Shown here piece after piece: positions 7,067 to 17,305 of a stretch of 58,262 nucleotides of DNA (positions are counted from its first letter, which is position 1; every line of letters begins with the position of its first letter). Source of the DNA: a virus (lineage: Duplodnaviria > Caudoviricetes); IMG/VR virus record IMGVR_UViG_3300043637_000004, positions 1 to 58,262 of that record; one strand, given 5' to 3'. A program made the position numbers and the translations under genes. A model generated the notes under the pieces. The model was not told where the DNA came from. It worked only from the letters and a program-made list of their open reading frames with translations, and made no database searches.

Positions 7067-8475
7067 ACAGACCTGAACCACCCGACGACATCGCACGTCT
7101 GCGGGTACCTCCTCACAGCACGGAGAGCGAGCAATCAGTGCTGGGCGCTTTGCTGCTGGACAACGGTGCGTTTGACCGCGTTGGCGACCTGCTGGCGGAC
7201 ACGGACTTCTACCGCTTCGAGCATCGGCTGATCTACGCGGCCACGGCCAGCCTGATCGCGTCGAGCCGGCCGGCCGACGTGGTGACGGTGCACGACTACC
7301 TGGCCACCAAAGGCAAGGCCGACGAGGTGGGGGGGGTCCAGTACCTGAACTCGCTTGCCCAGAGCGTGCCGAGCGCAGCCAACGCCCGCCGCTACGCCGA
7401 GATCGTGCGCGGGAAGTCGGTGCTGCGTCAGATCATCGTCGCGGCTGATGACGCGGCATGCCGGGCCTTCGAGGCGAGCGGAGACGACGCAGCGGCGCTG
7501 CTGGAAGAGGCCCAGGGCCGGCTGCTTTCGATCGGCGAGGCCGGCGCGCGCACCCGGGGCGGGCCGCAGGGCATGGACACGCTGGTGGTGGGCCTGCTGG
7601 ACCGGGTGCAGGCGCTGGCGGACCAGGGCGGCCGGGACGTTACGGGGACGGCTACCGGGTTCAGTGACTTCGACACCAAGACGTGCGGCCTGGAAGATGG
7701 CGACTTGGTTGTGGTCGGCGGGCGACCATCACAAGGCAAAACGGCATTCGCCATGGGCATCGCCGAACACGTGGGGCTGCGGCTGGGCCTGCCGGTGCTG
7801 GTCTTCTCGATGGAAATGGGGGCGAACCAGCTTGCGCTACGGATGGTGGGGGCGCTCGGTCGGATCAAGAACATCCGCCTGCGTACCGGCCGCATGGACG
7901 AGTGGGACTGGAACAGCCTCACGGCCGCGGTGGACAAGCTGCGCATGGCGTGCATCCACGTGGACGAGACGCCCGCGCTGACGCATGCGGAGGTGCGGGC
8001 GCGGGCCCGGCGGCACGCCCGGCAAGTTGGCAAGATCGGGCTGGTGGTCATCGACTACTTGCAGTTGATGAGCGGCGCCAGCGGCGGCACCGAGAACCGC
8101 ACAACGGACCTGAGCGAGGTGTCGCGTTCGCTGAAGGGGTTGGCAAAGGAACTGCAGTGCCCCGTGGTGGCCTTGTCGCAACTGAACCGCAGCGTCGAGC
8201 AGCGCACCGACAAACGTCCGGTCATGAGTGACCTTCGGGAATGTGGCGCCATAGAGCAGGACGCTGACATCATTGCCATGCTCTACAGAGACGAGTATTA
8301 CAACCCGCTCACCCACGAGCCAGGCGTAGCAGAGGTCATCGTGTGCAAGAACCGCAACGGCCCCACGGGGACGGTGAAGCTGGCGTGGCTGGCGCCGATG
8401 ACGAAGTTCGACAACCTGGCGGCCGACTACGTGTCGCAGAAAGAGGCGCCGCGCGCGCCGAAGAAGGCATTGTGA
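7063..8475 (+). CDS. dnaB: replicative DNA helicase
   Basis: PPHSTESEQSVLG N-domain, GRPSQGKT Walker A, FSMEM, VIDYLQLM, LSQLNR, SDLRECGAIEQDAD, KNRNGPTG. Confidence 0.97.
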   Translation: MNRPEPPDDIARLRVPPHSTESEQSVLGALLLDNGAFDRVGDLLADTDFYRFEHRLIYAATASLIASSRPADVVTVHDYLATKGKADEVGGVQYLNSLAQSVPSAANARRYAEIVRGKSVLRQIIVAADDAACRAFEASGDDAAALLEEAQGRLLSIGEAGARTRGGPQGMDTLVVGLLDRVQALADQGGRDVTGTATGFSDFDTKTCGLEDGDLVVVGGRPSQGKTAFAMGIAEHVGLRLGLPVLVFSMEMGANQLALRMVGALGRIKNIRLRTGRMDEWDWNSLTAAVDKLRMACIHVDETPALTHAEVRARARRHARQVGKIGLVVIDYLQLMSGASGGTENRTTDLSEVSRSLKGLAKELQCPVVALSQLNRSVEQRTDKRPVMSDLRECGAIEQDADIIAMLYRDEYYNPLTHEPGVAEVIVCKNRNGPTGTVKLAWLAPMTKFDNLAADYVSQKEAPRAPKKAL

Positions 8476-9251
8476 TGAGCGAGAAGAAACGAAGCTACTT
8501 CCGCATCCGCCGCATAGCTGCTGCGGAGCTGGTGCGGCTGCACGCGGCCGGCACCCTGGTTCACCCGGATGCAGTGGCTTGGGCCACGAGCACGCTTGAT
8601 GCCGTGGATGACGTGGGCGGCCGGGTGCCGGTGGTTGAGCGCCAGAAGATCCTGGACCTACTGGCGAAGTACCCCACCACGGGCCTGACGATCACGGCCA
8701 TCGCCGGGCACTTCGGCGAACCGGAGCGCCGCGTGATGGCGGCGCTCTACACGATGCGCAAGCAGGGCCAAGTCGAGTCGGTGAAGCACCTCGGCCGGGC
8801 CTACTACTTCCCGAGCAAGGCCGCGGCGAACGCCCAGCGGGAGCGGTTCTTGCGGGAGCGGCAGGACCACGAGAACAAAAAGGCGCGTGAGTACACGGCG
8901 GCGCATACCGCGGCGCGACAAGAGAAGGCTGCGGCGGCCGGCAAGCCGGTGCGCAAGGCCAGCGTGGTGCCTGTGAAGGTCCAGCCGGCACCGCCTGCGC
9001 CGCCGGCCGTGGCCGCGATCCCGGCCGCGGCAGCCAAGGCCCCGCCGCGGGCCATGCGCGCGGCGCCGAGCATCGCCACCCAGGCCAAGCGGCCGGTGGA
9101 GATCATCACCCCGGCCGGCGCTAAGATCACCAAGCACCCGACCCCGCTGGTGCTCATCGATCGCTTCGGCGCTGCCGATCCGGCGCAGCGCCTGCCGGGC
9201 GGGTTCCACGAAGAGTGGCTGGCGCTTCGCGCCGGCGGGAGCAACGCATGA
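8475..9251 (+). CDS. hypothetical protein with a winged-helix-like segment and Pro/Ala-rich tail
   Basis: GLTITAIAGHFG...VMAALYTMRKQGQV. Confidence 0.6.
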   Translation: MSEKKRSYFRIRRIAAAELVRLHAAGTLVHPDAVAWATSTLDAVDDVGGRVPVVERQKILDLLAKYPTTGLTITAIAGHFGEPERRVMAALYTMRKQGQVESVKHLGRAYYFPSKAAANAQRERFLRERQDHENKKAREYTAAHTAARQEKAAAAGKPVRKASVVPVKVQPAPPAPPAVAAIPAAAAKAPPRAMRAAPSIATQAKRPVEIITPAGAKITKHPTPLVLIDRFGAADPAQRLPGGFHEEWLALRAGGSNA

Positions 9252-9418
9252 AAAAGATCCGTGTCACGTACACCGTGGTGGCGGACATTGAGCCCTACGG
9301 ACTTGATGACGACGACGCCGAGTTTCAGCGGGCGGTTGAATGTGTCCAGGAAGACATTGGGCGGTACGCCGCGGTCGTGGCGGCTGAATGGGTGGAACAA
9401 CCGGCTGGCGAAGCATGA
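9248..9418 (+). CDS. small acidic hypothetical protein
   Basis: ATGA-coupled on both sides. Confidence 0.5.
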   Translation: MKKIRVTYTVVADIEPYGLDDDDAEFQRAVECVQEDIGRYAAVVAAEWVEQPAGEA

Positions 9419-9891
9419 TCAAGTTCACTGTGCTCGGCCAGCCGCAAGGCAAGGGCCGCCACCGTTCCGCGGCGCTGATGCGTGGCGGCAAGCCCGTGAT
9501 CGGGGCCGGTGGCCGCCCGATCATCATCAATCACGCGCCCGAGAAGAGCGTGGCCTACGAGGGCCTGGTGGCGCACGCTGCTGGCATCGCCATGGCCGGC
9601 CGGCCGCTCATCACTGGCCCGGTGCGGGTGGCGGTTTACATCGACTGCCAGATCCCAGCGAGTTGGTCTGGGAAGAAGCAGCGCGATGCTCTGGCGGGCG
9701 TGGTGATGCCAACCGGCAAGCCGGACTCCGATAACGTCATCAAAGCGATCTACGACGGCTGCAATGGCGTGGTGTGGAAGGACGATGCCCAGGTGGTGGA
9801 CGGAGCACAGCGGAAACGCTACTCGCAGACGCCTGGGGTGCGCGTGTTCATCACGCTGGTCGGGACGGACGAGAGGGCGGGTCCGCGGTGA
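9415..9891 (+). CDS. rusA: RusA-family Holliday junction resolvase
   Basis: GQPQGKGR...KPDSDNVIKAIYDGCNGVVWKDDAQVV. Confidence 0.92.
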   Translation: MIKFTVLGQPQGKGRHRSAALMRGGKPVIGAGGRPIIINHAPEKSVAYEGLVAHAAGIAMAGRPLITGPVRVAVYIDCQIPASWSGKKQRDALAGVVMPTGKPDSDNVIKAIYDGCNGVVWKDDAQVVDGAQRKRYSQTPGVRVFITLVGTDERAGPR

Positions 9892-10040
9892 CCATCATCG
9901 CCAAGCCTGCCGGCCGCGGGCGGTGGAACTCGATCACGATGACCGTCACCGGTAGCCGCGCACAGCCGTTCTCGGTGGTGGTGGGAGACACCTTCAAGCT
10001 GGGCGGCATCACCTGGCGCGTGTGCGCCGTCAACGCCTGA
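9888..10040 (+). CDS. small hypothetical protein
   Basis: GTGA overlap with rusA. Confidence 0.5.
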   Translation: MTIIAKPAGRGRWNSITMTVTGSRAQPFSVVVGDTFKLGGITWRVCAVNA

Positions 10041-10049
10041 AAGGCTGAA

Positions 10050-11576
10050 ATGCTGAGCAACCAAATGATCCTGGGCCTAGCGCGCGAGCTGCTGGTGGAC
10101 CTGTTCGCAGGCGGGGGCGGGGCCAGCACGGGCATCGAGCAAGCCATTGGCCGGCACGTCGATATCGCTGTCAACCACGACCCCGAGGCTGTGAGCCTGC
10201 ACCAGGCCAACCACCCACAGACCCAGCACCACGTCAGCGATGTGTTCGAGGTTGTGCCGGTCGCCGTCACAGAGGGGCGCCCGGTCGGCCTGCTGTGGGC
10301 ATCGCCCGACTGCACCTTCCACAGCAAGGCCCGCGGCGGCAAGCCGCACCGCGACCGCAACAAGGCCCGTCGGCGCCGCGGGCTGGCCTGGGTGGTCTGC
10401 CGCTGGGCCCGCGACGTGCGGCCGCGCGTGATCGCCCTTGAAAACGTCGAAGAGTTCCAGCACTGGGGCCCGCTCACCGACGATGGCCAGCCGTGCCCGG
10501 AGCGCAAGGGCCTGACATTCCGCCGCTGGGTGGCCCAACTGCGCAACCTGGGGTATGTGGTGGAGTGGCGCGAGCTGCGCGCCTGCGACTACGGCGCACC
10601 GACGATCCGCAAGCGGCTGTTCGTGATCGCCCGCTGTGACGGTCAGCCGATCGTGTGGCCGCAGCCGACGCACGGCAAGGGCCTGCGGCCGCACCGCACT
10701 GCTGCCGAATGCATCGATTGGTCGCTACCGTGCCCGAGCATCTTCGATCGCAAGAAGCCGCTGGCCGAGGCCACGCTGCGCCGCATTGCCCACGGCATCA
10801 AGCGCTACGTGCTGGACGCGGCGCAGCCGTTCATTGTGCCGGTGACGCACCAGGGCGACGAGCGGGTGCACAGCATCAATGAGCCGCTGCGCGCCATCAC
10901 CACCGCCAAGCGGGGCGAGTTCGCTCTGTGCGCGCCGACGCTCGTGGAAACCGGCTACGGCGAGCGGCCCGGCCAGGCGCCGCGCGCACCCGGCCTGGAC
11001 AAGCCGCTCGGAACGGTAGTCGCTGGCGGCGGCAAGCACGCTCTGGTGGCGGCCTTCCTGGCCAAGCACTACGCCGGGGTGGTCGGCAGCGACCTGCGCG
11101 ACCCGACCAGCACGGTCACCACGGTCGATCACCACAGCGTAGTGACAAGCCATCTTGCCAAGCTGCGCGGCACCAGCAGCAGCGCCAGCACGTCCGAGCC
11201 TCTGCACACCGTCAGTGCCGGAGGCCAGCACCACGCAGAGGTTCGCGCGTTCCTGATCGCGTACTACGGCAGCGACCAAGACACGCCCCTCGGCGAGCCC
11301 ATGCACACCGTCACCACCAAGATGCGCTTCGGGCTGGTGACCGTCGCCGGCCAGCAGTACAAGATCGCCGACATCGGCATGCGCATGCTCCATCCGCGGG
11401 AGCTTTACCGGGCCCAGGGCTTCCCTGATTCGTACGTGATCGACCGCGGCGCCGATGGCCGGCCGCTGACCAAGGAGGCCCAGGTGCGCATGTGCGGCAA
11501 CAGCGTGTGCCCGCCGGCGGCTGCGGCCATCGTGCGGGCGAACTATTCGGACGTGGCGATGCGGGCTGCGGCATGA
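10050..11576 (+). CDS. DNA (cytosine-5) methyltransferase
   Basis: DLFAGGGG (motif I), SPDC (IV), LENV (VI), TIRKRLF (VIII), RAQGFP, GNSV (X). Confidence 0.95.
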   Translation: MLSNQMILGLARELLVDLFAGGGGASTGIEQAIGRHVDIAVNHDPEAVSLHQANHPQTQHHVSDVFEVVPVAVTEGRPVGLLWASPDCTFHSKARGGKPHRDRNKARRRRGLAWVVCRWARDVRPRVIALENVEEFQHWGPLTDDGQPCPERKGLTFRRWVAQLRNLGYVVEWRELRACDYGAPTIRKRLFVIARCDGQPIVWPQPTHGKGLRPHRTAAECIDWSLPCPSIFDRKKPLAEATLRRIAHGIKRYVLDAAQPFIVPVTHQGDERVHSINEPLRAITTAKRGEFALCAPTLVETGYGERPGQAPRAPGLDKPLGTVVAGGGKHALVAAFLAKHYAGVVGSDLRDPTSTVTTVDHHSVVTSHLAKLRGTSSSASTSEPLHTVSAGGQHHAEVRAFLIAYYGSDQDTPLGEPMHTVTTKMRFGLVTVAGQQYKIADIGMRMLHPRELYRAQGFPDSYVIDRGADGRPLTKEAQVRMCGNSVCPPAAAAIVRANYSDVAMRAAA

Positions 11577-11935
11577 GCGATATGTTCGGCGCGCCCCCGC
11601 CAGCGGATTCCCCGCCGAAGCCGGCCAGGCGCAATCCTGCGGGTGCAGCGAAAACCCGCAGGCCGGCCGCGGAGCCGCAGGCCATTCAGGTGGTGCAGTC
11701 CGAGCAGCCGCCGGCCCCACCGGAACAGCCCGAGCCCAGCCCGCCACGGCTTTACGGCCCGGTGATGCTGATCGACGGCAGGGTGGTGGACAGCGGATCC
11801 AGCGAGTGGCGCTACGAGTCGTTGGCGCGCGCGATATTGGGCCTGAGCGGCCAGCAGCAGCAAGAGTTTCTGGATGGCCAGGCCGACGCTGTCGAGCTTC
11901 GGCTACTGATGCGGGCCATCCGGCGGGCAGAATGA
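11573..11935 (+). CDS. hypothetical protein
   Basis: ATGA-coupled; LIDGRVVDSGSSEWRYESLARAIL. Confidence 0.6.
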   Translation: MSDMFGAPPPADSPPKPARRNPAGAAKTRRPAAEPQAIQVVQSEQPPAPPEQPEPSPPRLYGPVMLIDGRVVDSGSSEWRYESLARAILGLSGQQQQEFLDGQADAVELRLLMRAIRRAE

Positions 11936-11990
11936 CAACGGCCCGCCGTCCGCCGCCAAGGCCGGCAATCAACCCCCAAGGAGATCCGCG

Positions 11991-12077
11991 ATGAAGCCCA
12001 AGAAGATGCCAGCGAAGAAGATGCCCGCCCAGCCGGCCAAGAAGCAGCCCAGCCGGCCGATGCCGGCGCCCTACTGA
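11991..12077 (+). CDS. 28-aa Lys/Pro-rich peptide
   Basis: AAGGAG RBS; MKPKKMPAKKMPAQPAKKQPSRPMPAPY; followed by a terminator-like hairpin. Confidence 0.55.
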   Translation: MKPKKMPAKKMPAQPAKKQPSRPMPAPY

Positions 12078-12095
12078 GGCAGCGGCAGCGAAAGT

Positions 12096-12130
12096 GACGA
12101 CGCCACAATGATCGGTGGCGTCGTCGTTTC
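12096..12130. terminator. hairpin, likely bidirectional terminator
   Basis: GACGACGCCAC-8-GTGGCGTCGTC flanked by AAAGT and GTTTC, between convergent operons. Confidence 0.6.
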
Positions 12131-12221
12131 TGGCTCCGGCGCTTATGATGCTCTGGCAGGCCGGTTGGTTGGACCCTCTGGCATGCAGTTGTCTCCACGG
12201 TGGTTCGCGATAGCCACCCTT

Positions 12222-12254
12222 GCGCCGGGCATGATGTGCCCGGCGCTTTCTTCC
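12222..12254 (+). terminator. intrinsic terminator-like hairpin
   Basis: GCGCCGGGCA-5-TGCCCGGCGC followed by TTTCTT. Confidence 0.55.
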
Positions 12255-12256
12255 GA

Positions 12257-12775
12257 TCAGCCGCCGGCCCCGAGCCACCCCTGTTCACCCGGCATCGCCG
12301 ACTCGTAGCCCACGTCAAACGCCTGCACGCCCTCATCGAGGTTCACGGCCTGATCCTGGGTGGCGCGGTGCAGGAACTGGCCAGCCGCCGCCCCGGCTTG
12401 TAGCGCCGTCTCCGCGCCCACCACCGTCAGCATGACCGGCACGCGCCACGCCTCATCTTCGGCCGGCACCTGGCCAGCGTAGCCGCCGGGCGCATCGTCG
12501 TAGTAGGGCGTGATGTTGGGGCCGGCTGGGCGGCGCAGCTCAAGCGTGCCGGCGGCCAGCAGTTCGACCAGTACGGCGCCCTCCTGGTGCGACAAGGGGT
12601 CAACGAAGCCTTGGTCGCTGACCACCGCGTTCAGCTCGGCGGCCAATGTCGCGCAGAAGTCGGTGTACGGCAACGGCTGGTGGCGCCGGGCCTCGGCCTG
12701 CACCTCCAGATAGCACTGCACGGCCGCGAGCAGAAAGGCGCGCTGGGCATCGTTCAGGGGATCGACTTGGAACAT
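12257..12775 (-). CDS. acidic hypothetical protein
   Basis: 172-aa ORF with GGAG RBS. Confidence 0.65.
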   Translation of the reverse strand: MFQVDPLNDAQRAFLLAAVQCYLEVQAEARRHQPLPYTDFCATLAAELNAVVSDQGFVDPLSHQEGAVLVELLAAGTLELRRPAGPNITPYYDDAPGGYAGQVPAEDEAWRVPVMLTVVGAETALQAGAAAGQFLHRATQDQAVNLDEGVQAFDVGYESAMPGEQGWLGAGG

Positions 12776-12830
12776 GGTGTATCTCCGGTGTTGAACTGGC
12801 AGCGATGCGGCTGCCGCGCGGGGAACTCGG

Positions 12831-13073
12831 TCAGGACAGCATTTGCACGGCGCGGTCCAGGGCCTCTTCGGCGGTGCGGGTCAAGATGGCGTCGCCGCTG
12901 GTGATGGCGATCTCGCCCAGGGCGGCGGCCATCGTTGACGCCGCCGCCCGCACCCGCGCCAGCTCGATAGTCAAATCCATCGTGAGGTTGGGGCTGGCGC
13001 TGCGGTCGATGGGCGCCGGATGAAGCAGGCGCGCCATGCGGGGATCGGCTGCGGGTGGGCGGTTGGTGCTCAT
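12831..13073 (-). CDS. hypothetical protein
   Basis: ATGA-coupled to the upstream gene. Confidence 0.55.
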   Translation of the reverse strand: MSTNRPPAADPRMARLLHPAPIDRSASPNLTMDLTIELARVRAAASTMAAALGEIAITSGDAILTRTAEEALDRAVQMLS

Positions 13074-13348
13074 GGTTCGCCACGAGCTTTCAGCATTGCA
13101 TCAGCGATGCGATACCAATGACGGGCGAGGCGCCAAAGTTGCTCATCCGACGTATCGAGCGGAAGCCCGTCAATGTCATCGTCTTGCATTGCGCTCAGCT
13201 CGCCCTGCATTGCCAGCCCGGCAAGGTGGTCCCGCAGCGACATGCCGCTCATGAGTCGCTTGACCTCATCGACAGTCTTGGAGGCGAACGTCTGTTGGTC
13301 AGGGTTTGATACCGGGAAGGCCGGGCCGCCATCATTTATGCTGCTCAT
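13070..13348 (-). CDS. GGPAFP...GMSLRD family phage protein
   Basis: INDGGPAFP...GMSLRDHLAGLAMQG...YRIADAMLKAR. Confidence 0.75.
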   Translation of the reverse strand: MSSINDGGPAFPVSNPDQQTFASKTVDEVKRLMSGMSLRDHLAGLAMQGELSAMQDDDIDGLPLDTSDEQLWRLARHWYRIADAMLKARGEP

Positions 13349-13671
13349 GGCGCGCCCCCGGTGGCCCTGGCAATGGCCGCGTCGATGATCGACTTCAGGC
13401 CCATGGGCGCGCGCATGCCGGGGATGTTACCCCATGCGCTGGCCACGGCCCGCAACGCCTGCAGCATGTCAGGCGCCGCATTGGTAAGGTGGTCGTTGGC
13501 CGCGTCCTGCAGATCCTGGATCGCGGCCTTGTCGGCGGCAATGTTGGCTGCCAGGGCCGCTATAAGCGCCTGGTTGTCATCGCGCCGCACGTAGCCGCCA
13601 TCATCGCGCTCTACCATGCTGCCGGGATAGGCCGTGTCGAACGCCCGCAGGCGGATGGCTAGCGCGCTCAT
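13345..13671 (-). CDS. hypothetical protein
   Basis: NAAPDMLQAL...AAIARATG motif common in small phage proteins. Confidence 0.65.
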   Translation of the reverse strand: MSALAIRLRAFDTAYPGSMVERDDGGYVRRDDNQALIAALAANIAADKAAIQDLQDAANDHLTNAAPDMLQALRAVASAWGNIPGMRAPMGLKSIIDAAIARATGGAP

Positions 13672-13937
13672 GGCTTTGCATGCCACTCTTGGCGGCCATC
13701 GGCGCCGATGACTACGATCCAGCCGCCGCCCAGCGTCAGGCCCAGCCGCGCCGCGGTGTCGCGGGCCACTTGGGCGAGCATGCCGCTCGGGCACGCGGCA
13801 TGCTCTTTGCCGCTCAGCAGGATGCCGCCGGCGGGCCTATTGTCGGCGCGCCAGTAGGCCGCGCGGTGCTTCTCTGGCTGGAACGGCATGGGTGGCCATG
13901 CCTCGGTGTCGGATGATGCGGCGCGATGGATGATCAC
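13668..13937 (-). CDS. hypothetical protein
   Basis: GTG with AAGGAG RBS. Confidence 0.55.
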   Translation of the reverse strand: MIIHRAASSDTEAWPPMPFQPEKHRAAYWRADNRPAGGILLSGKEHAACPSGMLAQVARDTAARLGLTLGGGWIVVIGADGRQEWHAKP

Positions 13938-13977
13938 GGGACTCTCCTTTGATGGGCCGGTTTTCCCGGCGAGTGGG

Positions 13978-14097
13978 TCAAATGACGGTACGCTGTGCCA
14001 GCGCGCACCTGATGTGCGCCGCCGCGTCCATGCTGGCATCCCGGGCCTCAATGCCGGGCCGCCAGCGGGTGGCGTAGGGGTAGAGGATGGCTTGCAT
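13978..14097 (-). CDS. 39-aa protein, first gene after the promoter at 14132-14148
   Basis: MQAILYPYATRWRPG...; lies just downstream of the promoter. Confidence 0.4.
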   Translation of the reverse strand: MQAILYPYATRWRPGIEARDASMDAAAHIRCALAQRTVI

Positions 14098-14131
14098 GGC
14101 GGTCTCTGGTGGTTGGTTGATGCACAGACAG

Positions 14132-14148
14132 TTGCAGGAGGCGTGTCA
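14132..14148 (-). promoter_or_regulatory. sigma54-type promoter variant (TGACACGCCTCCTGCAA)
   Basis: -24/-12 spacing, but GG is changed to GA. Downstream GCAActgtc...GCA matches the 20366 promoter. Confidence 0.5.
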
Positions 14149-14190
14149 CCCGGTTCTGAGCCCGTGGCGGCGCTTTCACGGGGCCGGCAT

Positions 14191-14245
14191 GACGCGGGCT
14201 GTCACACGGGATCGACGCGGCGCGTCACTGGCGCCGCAAAACGTC
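14191..14245. promoter_or_regulatory. three G(A/C)C-N7-GTC putative enhancer sites
   Basis: Sites at 14191, 14214 and 14233, upstream of the 14148 promoter. Confidence 0.55.
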
Positions 14246-14495
14246 ACGGCCAAACCTGCAGCACAGCCCGCTCCCCCGATACACCGGCCCGGCCGATGTG
14301 CATGATCCTGGAGCCGGTGGTCTGGGTCGCAGGCCAATACTCCAGTCGCCCCGGCGGCATCGGCTGCGCCGGATCCCGTGCTGTCAGTCGCGCCACGGCG
14401 GCAAACGCCCGCGCGCTGTCGGCGGCCCGCATCGCCTCTGCAAGGGCGGCATGGTGGCGCCGGTCAAGCGCCAGGCAGTGGTCCAATGCAGTCAT
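14244..14495 (-). CDS. hypothetical protein
   Basis: ATG with GGAG RBS; ATGA-coupled. Confidence 0.5.
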   Translation of the reverse strand: MTALDHCLALDRRHHAALAEAMRAADSARAFAAVARLTARDPAQPMPPGRLEYWPATQTTGSRIMHIGRAGVSGERAVLQVWP

Positions 14496-14725
14496 TGCCG
14501 CTCCGTGGTGGTGTGGGCCTGGGGGCCGGCCTGCAAGATCTGCCGCGCCCGTTGATTGGCCAGCGTGGCCGAGAGCGCGCCATGCGCCCGGTGGCACGCG
14601 ACGGTGGCGCAAAACCGGGTGTGCACTGGTGCCGGAGCCAACTCCGGGCGGGCGTGATGCTTGGCCAGCGCCAGCAGGTAGGCAGCACGCGCCTCCAGCC
14701 GGTCGGTGTCGTGGGTGTGCGTCAT
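14492..14725 (-). CDS. hypothetical protein
   Basis: ATGA-coupled on both sides. Confidence 0.5.
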   Translation of the reverse strand: MTHTHDTDRLEARAAYLLALAKHHARPELAPAPVHTRFCATVACHRAHGALSATLANQRARQILQAGPQAHTTTERQ

Positions 14726-14985
14726 GTGGATCCCCTCGCGCCGGGCGAGCCCAGCAGCGCATCAAACACCTCGCCGGTGTAGCCGTCGCTGCACCGGTAC
14801 ATCAGTCGGCCGATGGCGCGCGGCGTGTCGCTGCCGGGCACGGCCTCGTAGCGCACCGCCAGCACCACCACCCCGCCGCTGACGCCATGCGCAGGGTGTG
14901 AGACGGCCGCGAGCGGCTCCCAGCACCCGGTGGGCCCGGTGACCCCGTCCAGCCGGTTGACGATCCTTCGGTAGTGCGTGTGCAC
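14722..14985 (-). CDS. hypothetical protein
   Basis: GTG start just after the upstream stop; GGAG RBS. Confidence 0.5.
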   Translation of the reverse strand: MHTHYRRIVNRLDGVTGPTGCWEPLAAVSHPAHGVSGGVVVLAVRYEAVPGSDTPRAIGRLMYRCSDGYTGEVFDALLGSPGARGST

Positions 14986-14988
14986 GCG

Positions 14989-15738
<750 letters not shown>

Positions 15739-15762
15739 GTGTTCCTCTGTCGTTGGGGGTGG

Positions 15763-16044
15763 TCAGGCGTCGCGGCTGTGGGCCGCTGCGGCGGACTCTT
15801 CGAAGGTGTCAGCGAGCGAGTTGTTGCGGAAGTCGGTAGCTAGCAAGCCGCTTTGCACGGCCATCGCCTCGGCTTGCTGACACTGCTCCCACGCGGAGCG
15901 CAACGGGTGCGATTTGTCCGCATTGGCGCCGGCTTTGCCCATGTCGAACAGCGCTCTGACGCAGGCACTGTAGAGATGGGCTAGCGCCTCGTTCTTGGCT
16001 TGCTCTTGCGTTTGCGTTTGTGGGGCGGTGTGGTAGTCAGGCAT
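15763..16044 (-). CDS. hypothetical protein
   Basis: 93-aa ORF in the leftward operon. Confidence 0.55.
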   Translation of the reverse strand: MPDYHTAPQTQTQEQAKNEALAHLYSACVRALFDMGKAGANADKSHPLRSAWEQCQQAEAMAVQSGLLATDFRNNSLADTFEESAAAAHSRDA

Positions 16045-16120
16045 GAGTGGCTACAGTCAGTTTAATAGGCGGGGACTTACGCGCGCCTCCCAGCGGCGCC
16101 GCCCCGGTGCGACAGCGAAA

Positions 16121-16327
16121 TCAGTTGCCTTGGAATACGACGTAGGTAATGGACGGCTCGTCGGGCCTGGCGTTTTGGACCCAGCCATCGGGCCGAGCAA
16201 TGCAAAGTTGCGGCGTGTCGATCTGGCCCAACTCAAGCAAACATTGCTCGCTGTACAGGCGATATGCGACCGGCGCATCCTGTGGGAGCGTCCGCAAATA
16301 CTCTATAAGTTGGGCTACAGTTATCAT
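16121..16327 (-). CDS. hypothetical protein
   Basis: MITVAQLIEYLRTLPQDAPV motif; GGAG RBS. Confidence 0.65.
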   Translation of the reverse strand: MITVAQLIEYLRTLPQDAPVAYRLYSEQCLLELGQIDTPQLCIARPDGWVQNARPDEPSITYVVFQGN

Positions 16328-16353
16328 GATGGTGCTCCAGTGAGAAATAGAAA

Positions 16354-16635
16354 TCAGGTCAGGGCGCGCAGCCGCTTGATGATGCGGCGCAGTTTGCGTG
16401 CATCTGCCGCGTACACGGCTCGGTACTCGCGCATGTGGCACCACAGCCGCTCGCCGGTCTGCGGGTGCCGGTGGCGGATCGCGGTGCGGACGGCCAGCAG
16501 GCGCCGCTCGTACCCGGACAGACTCAGATCCGCACCGTTGGCAATGCACGTCTCAAAGCGGGCATCACTCATCTCGTGCAGGCCAGCGGCTACGTTTTCC
16601 ATGTCGATGTTCCAGAGCGAAATTACCGCCGACAT
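16354..16635 (-). CDS. hypothetical protein
   Basis: ORF in the leftward operon. Confidence 0.55.
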   Translation of the reverse strand: MSAVISLWNIDMENVAAGLHEMSDARFETCIANGADLSLSGYERRLLAVRTAIRHRHPQTGERLWCHMREYRAVYAADARKLRRIIKRLRALT

Positions 16636-16790
16636 CCGCTGTCGCAGTAGGTCCGGCCGCCGATGGTGACGCACTGCATGCCATCTCCGCGGGTGCTGTA
16701 GACCACGGCGTCGTGGGCGTCATCGGCCGCGTAGATGCCGCACGCGCAGGCCGCCATCGTCAAGGCCAGCGCGATCAAGATGGTTCGCAT
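16623..16790 (-). CDS. small secreted or lipoprotein-like protein
   Basis: MRTILIALALTMAAC signal-peptide-like start; GGAG RBS. Confidence 0.5.
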   Translation of the reverse strand: MRTILIALALTMAACACGIYAADDAHDAVVYSTRGDGMQCVTIGGRTYCDSGCRR

Positions 16791-16871
16791 GCAGATCTCC
16801 AATGTCTGCCCGGTGGCCGCCGGGCGCGGTGTGCGACTGCACTGGCATCCCACCCAGGGATGCCGCTGGAG

Positions 16872-17132
16872 TCAGTAGCCGACGTGCGCCGCCGGCAGCG
16901 TGTGAGCATGCGCCGGGTGATCCATGCTCCAGCGCCCTGGAGCCGTTCCGAGCGACTCCACATGAGCGATGCACGCGCAGTAGGTCGCATGCGCCACCGT
17001 GTCGCCCACAACCCGGACCACGTAGCACCCGCGCTGGCCCTGCCCCAGGGCCTCGGCGTGCGGGCTCGACGGGTAGGCGTAGCTGATCACGTGCTCACCA
17101 TCATTGGGCGCGGTGCAATCTTCCATGCTCAT
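16872..17132 (-). CDS. hypothetical protein
   Basis: GAGGAG RBS directly upstream. Confidence 0.55.
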   Translation of the reverse strand: MSMEDCTAPNDGEHVISYAYPSSPHAEALGQGQRGCYVVRVVGDTVAHATYCACIAHVESLGTAPGRWSMDHPAHAHTLPAAHVGY

Positions 17133-17305
17133 CTCCTCAGCCCCGAGGGGCGGTTGTCAGTCAAGCCACGAAAACGGGATCCATGCGCGTTCGCCGGTGT
17201 CCAGCCAAACGCACAGCAGCGCCTGACCATCCGACTCGCCGCCGAGTGAGTACCTGCGCCCATTGACCACCTCGCGCAGTAAGTAGCAGCCTGGCCGGGC
17301 GAAAA

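Noticed and set aside
2743-11576. Two methyltransferases plus HNH as a restriction-modification system
   Set aside because: The genes are dispersed orphan types common in phages, with no cognate restriction enzyme visible.
12841-12860. Possible fifth sigma54 promoter (TGGACCGCGCCGTGCAA, - strand)
   Set aside because: The -24 element is weaker, it lies within a coding region, and I found no clear enhancer array.
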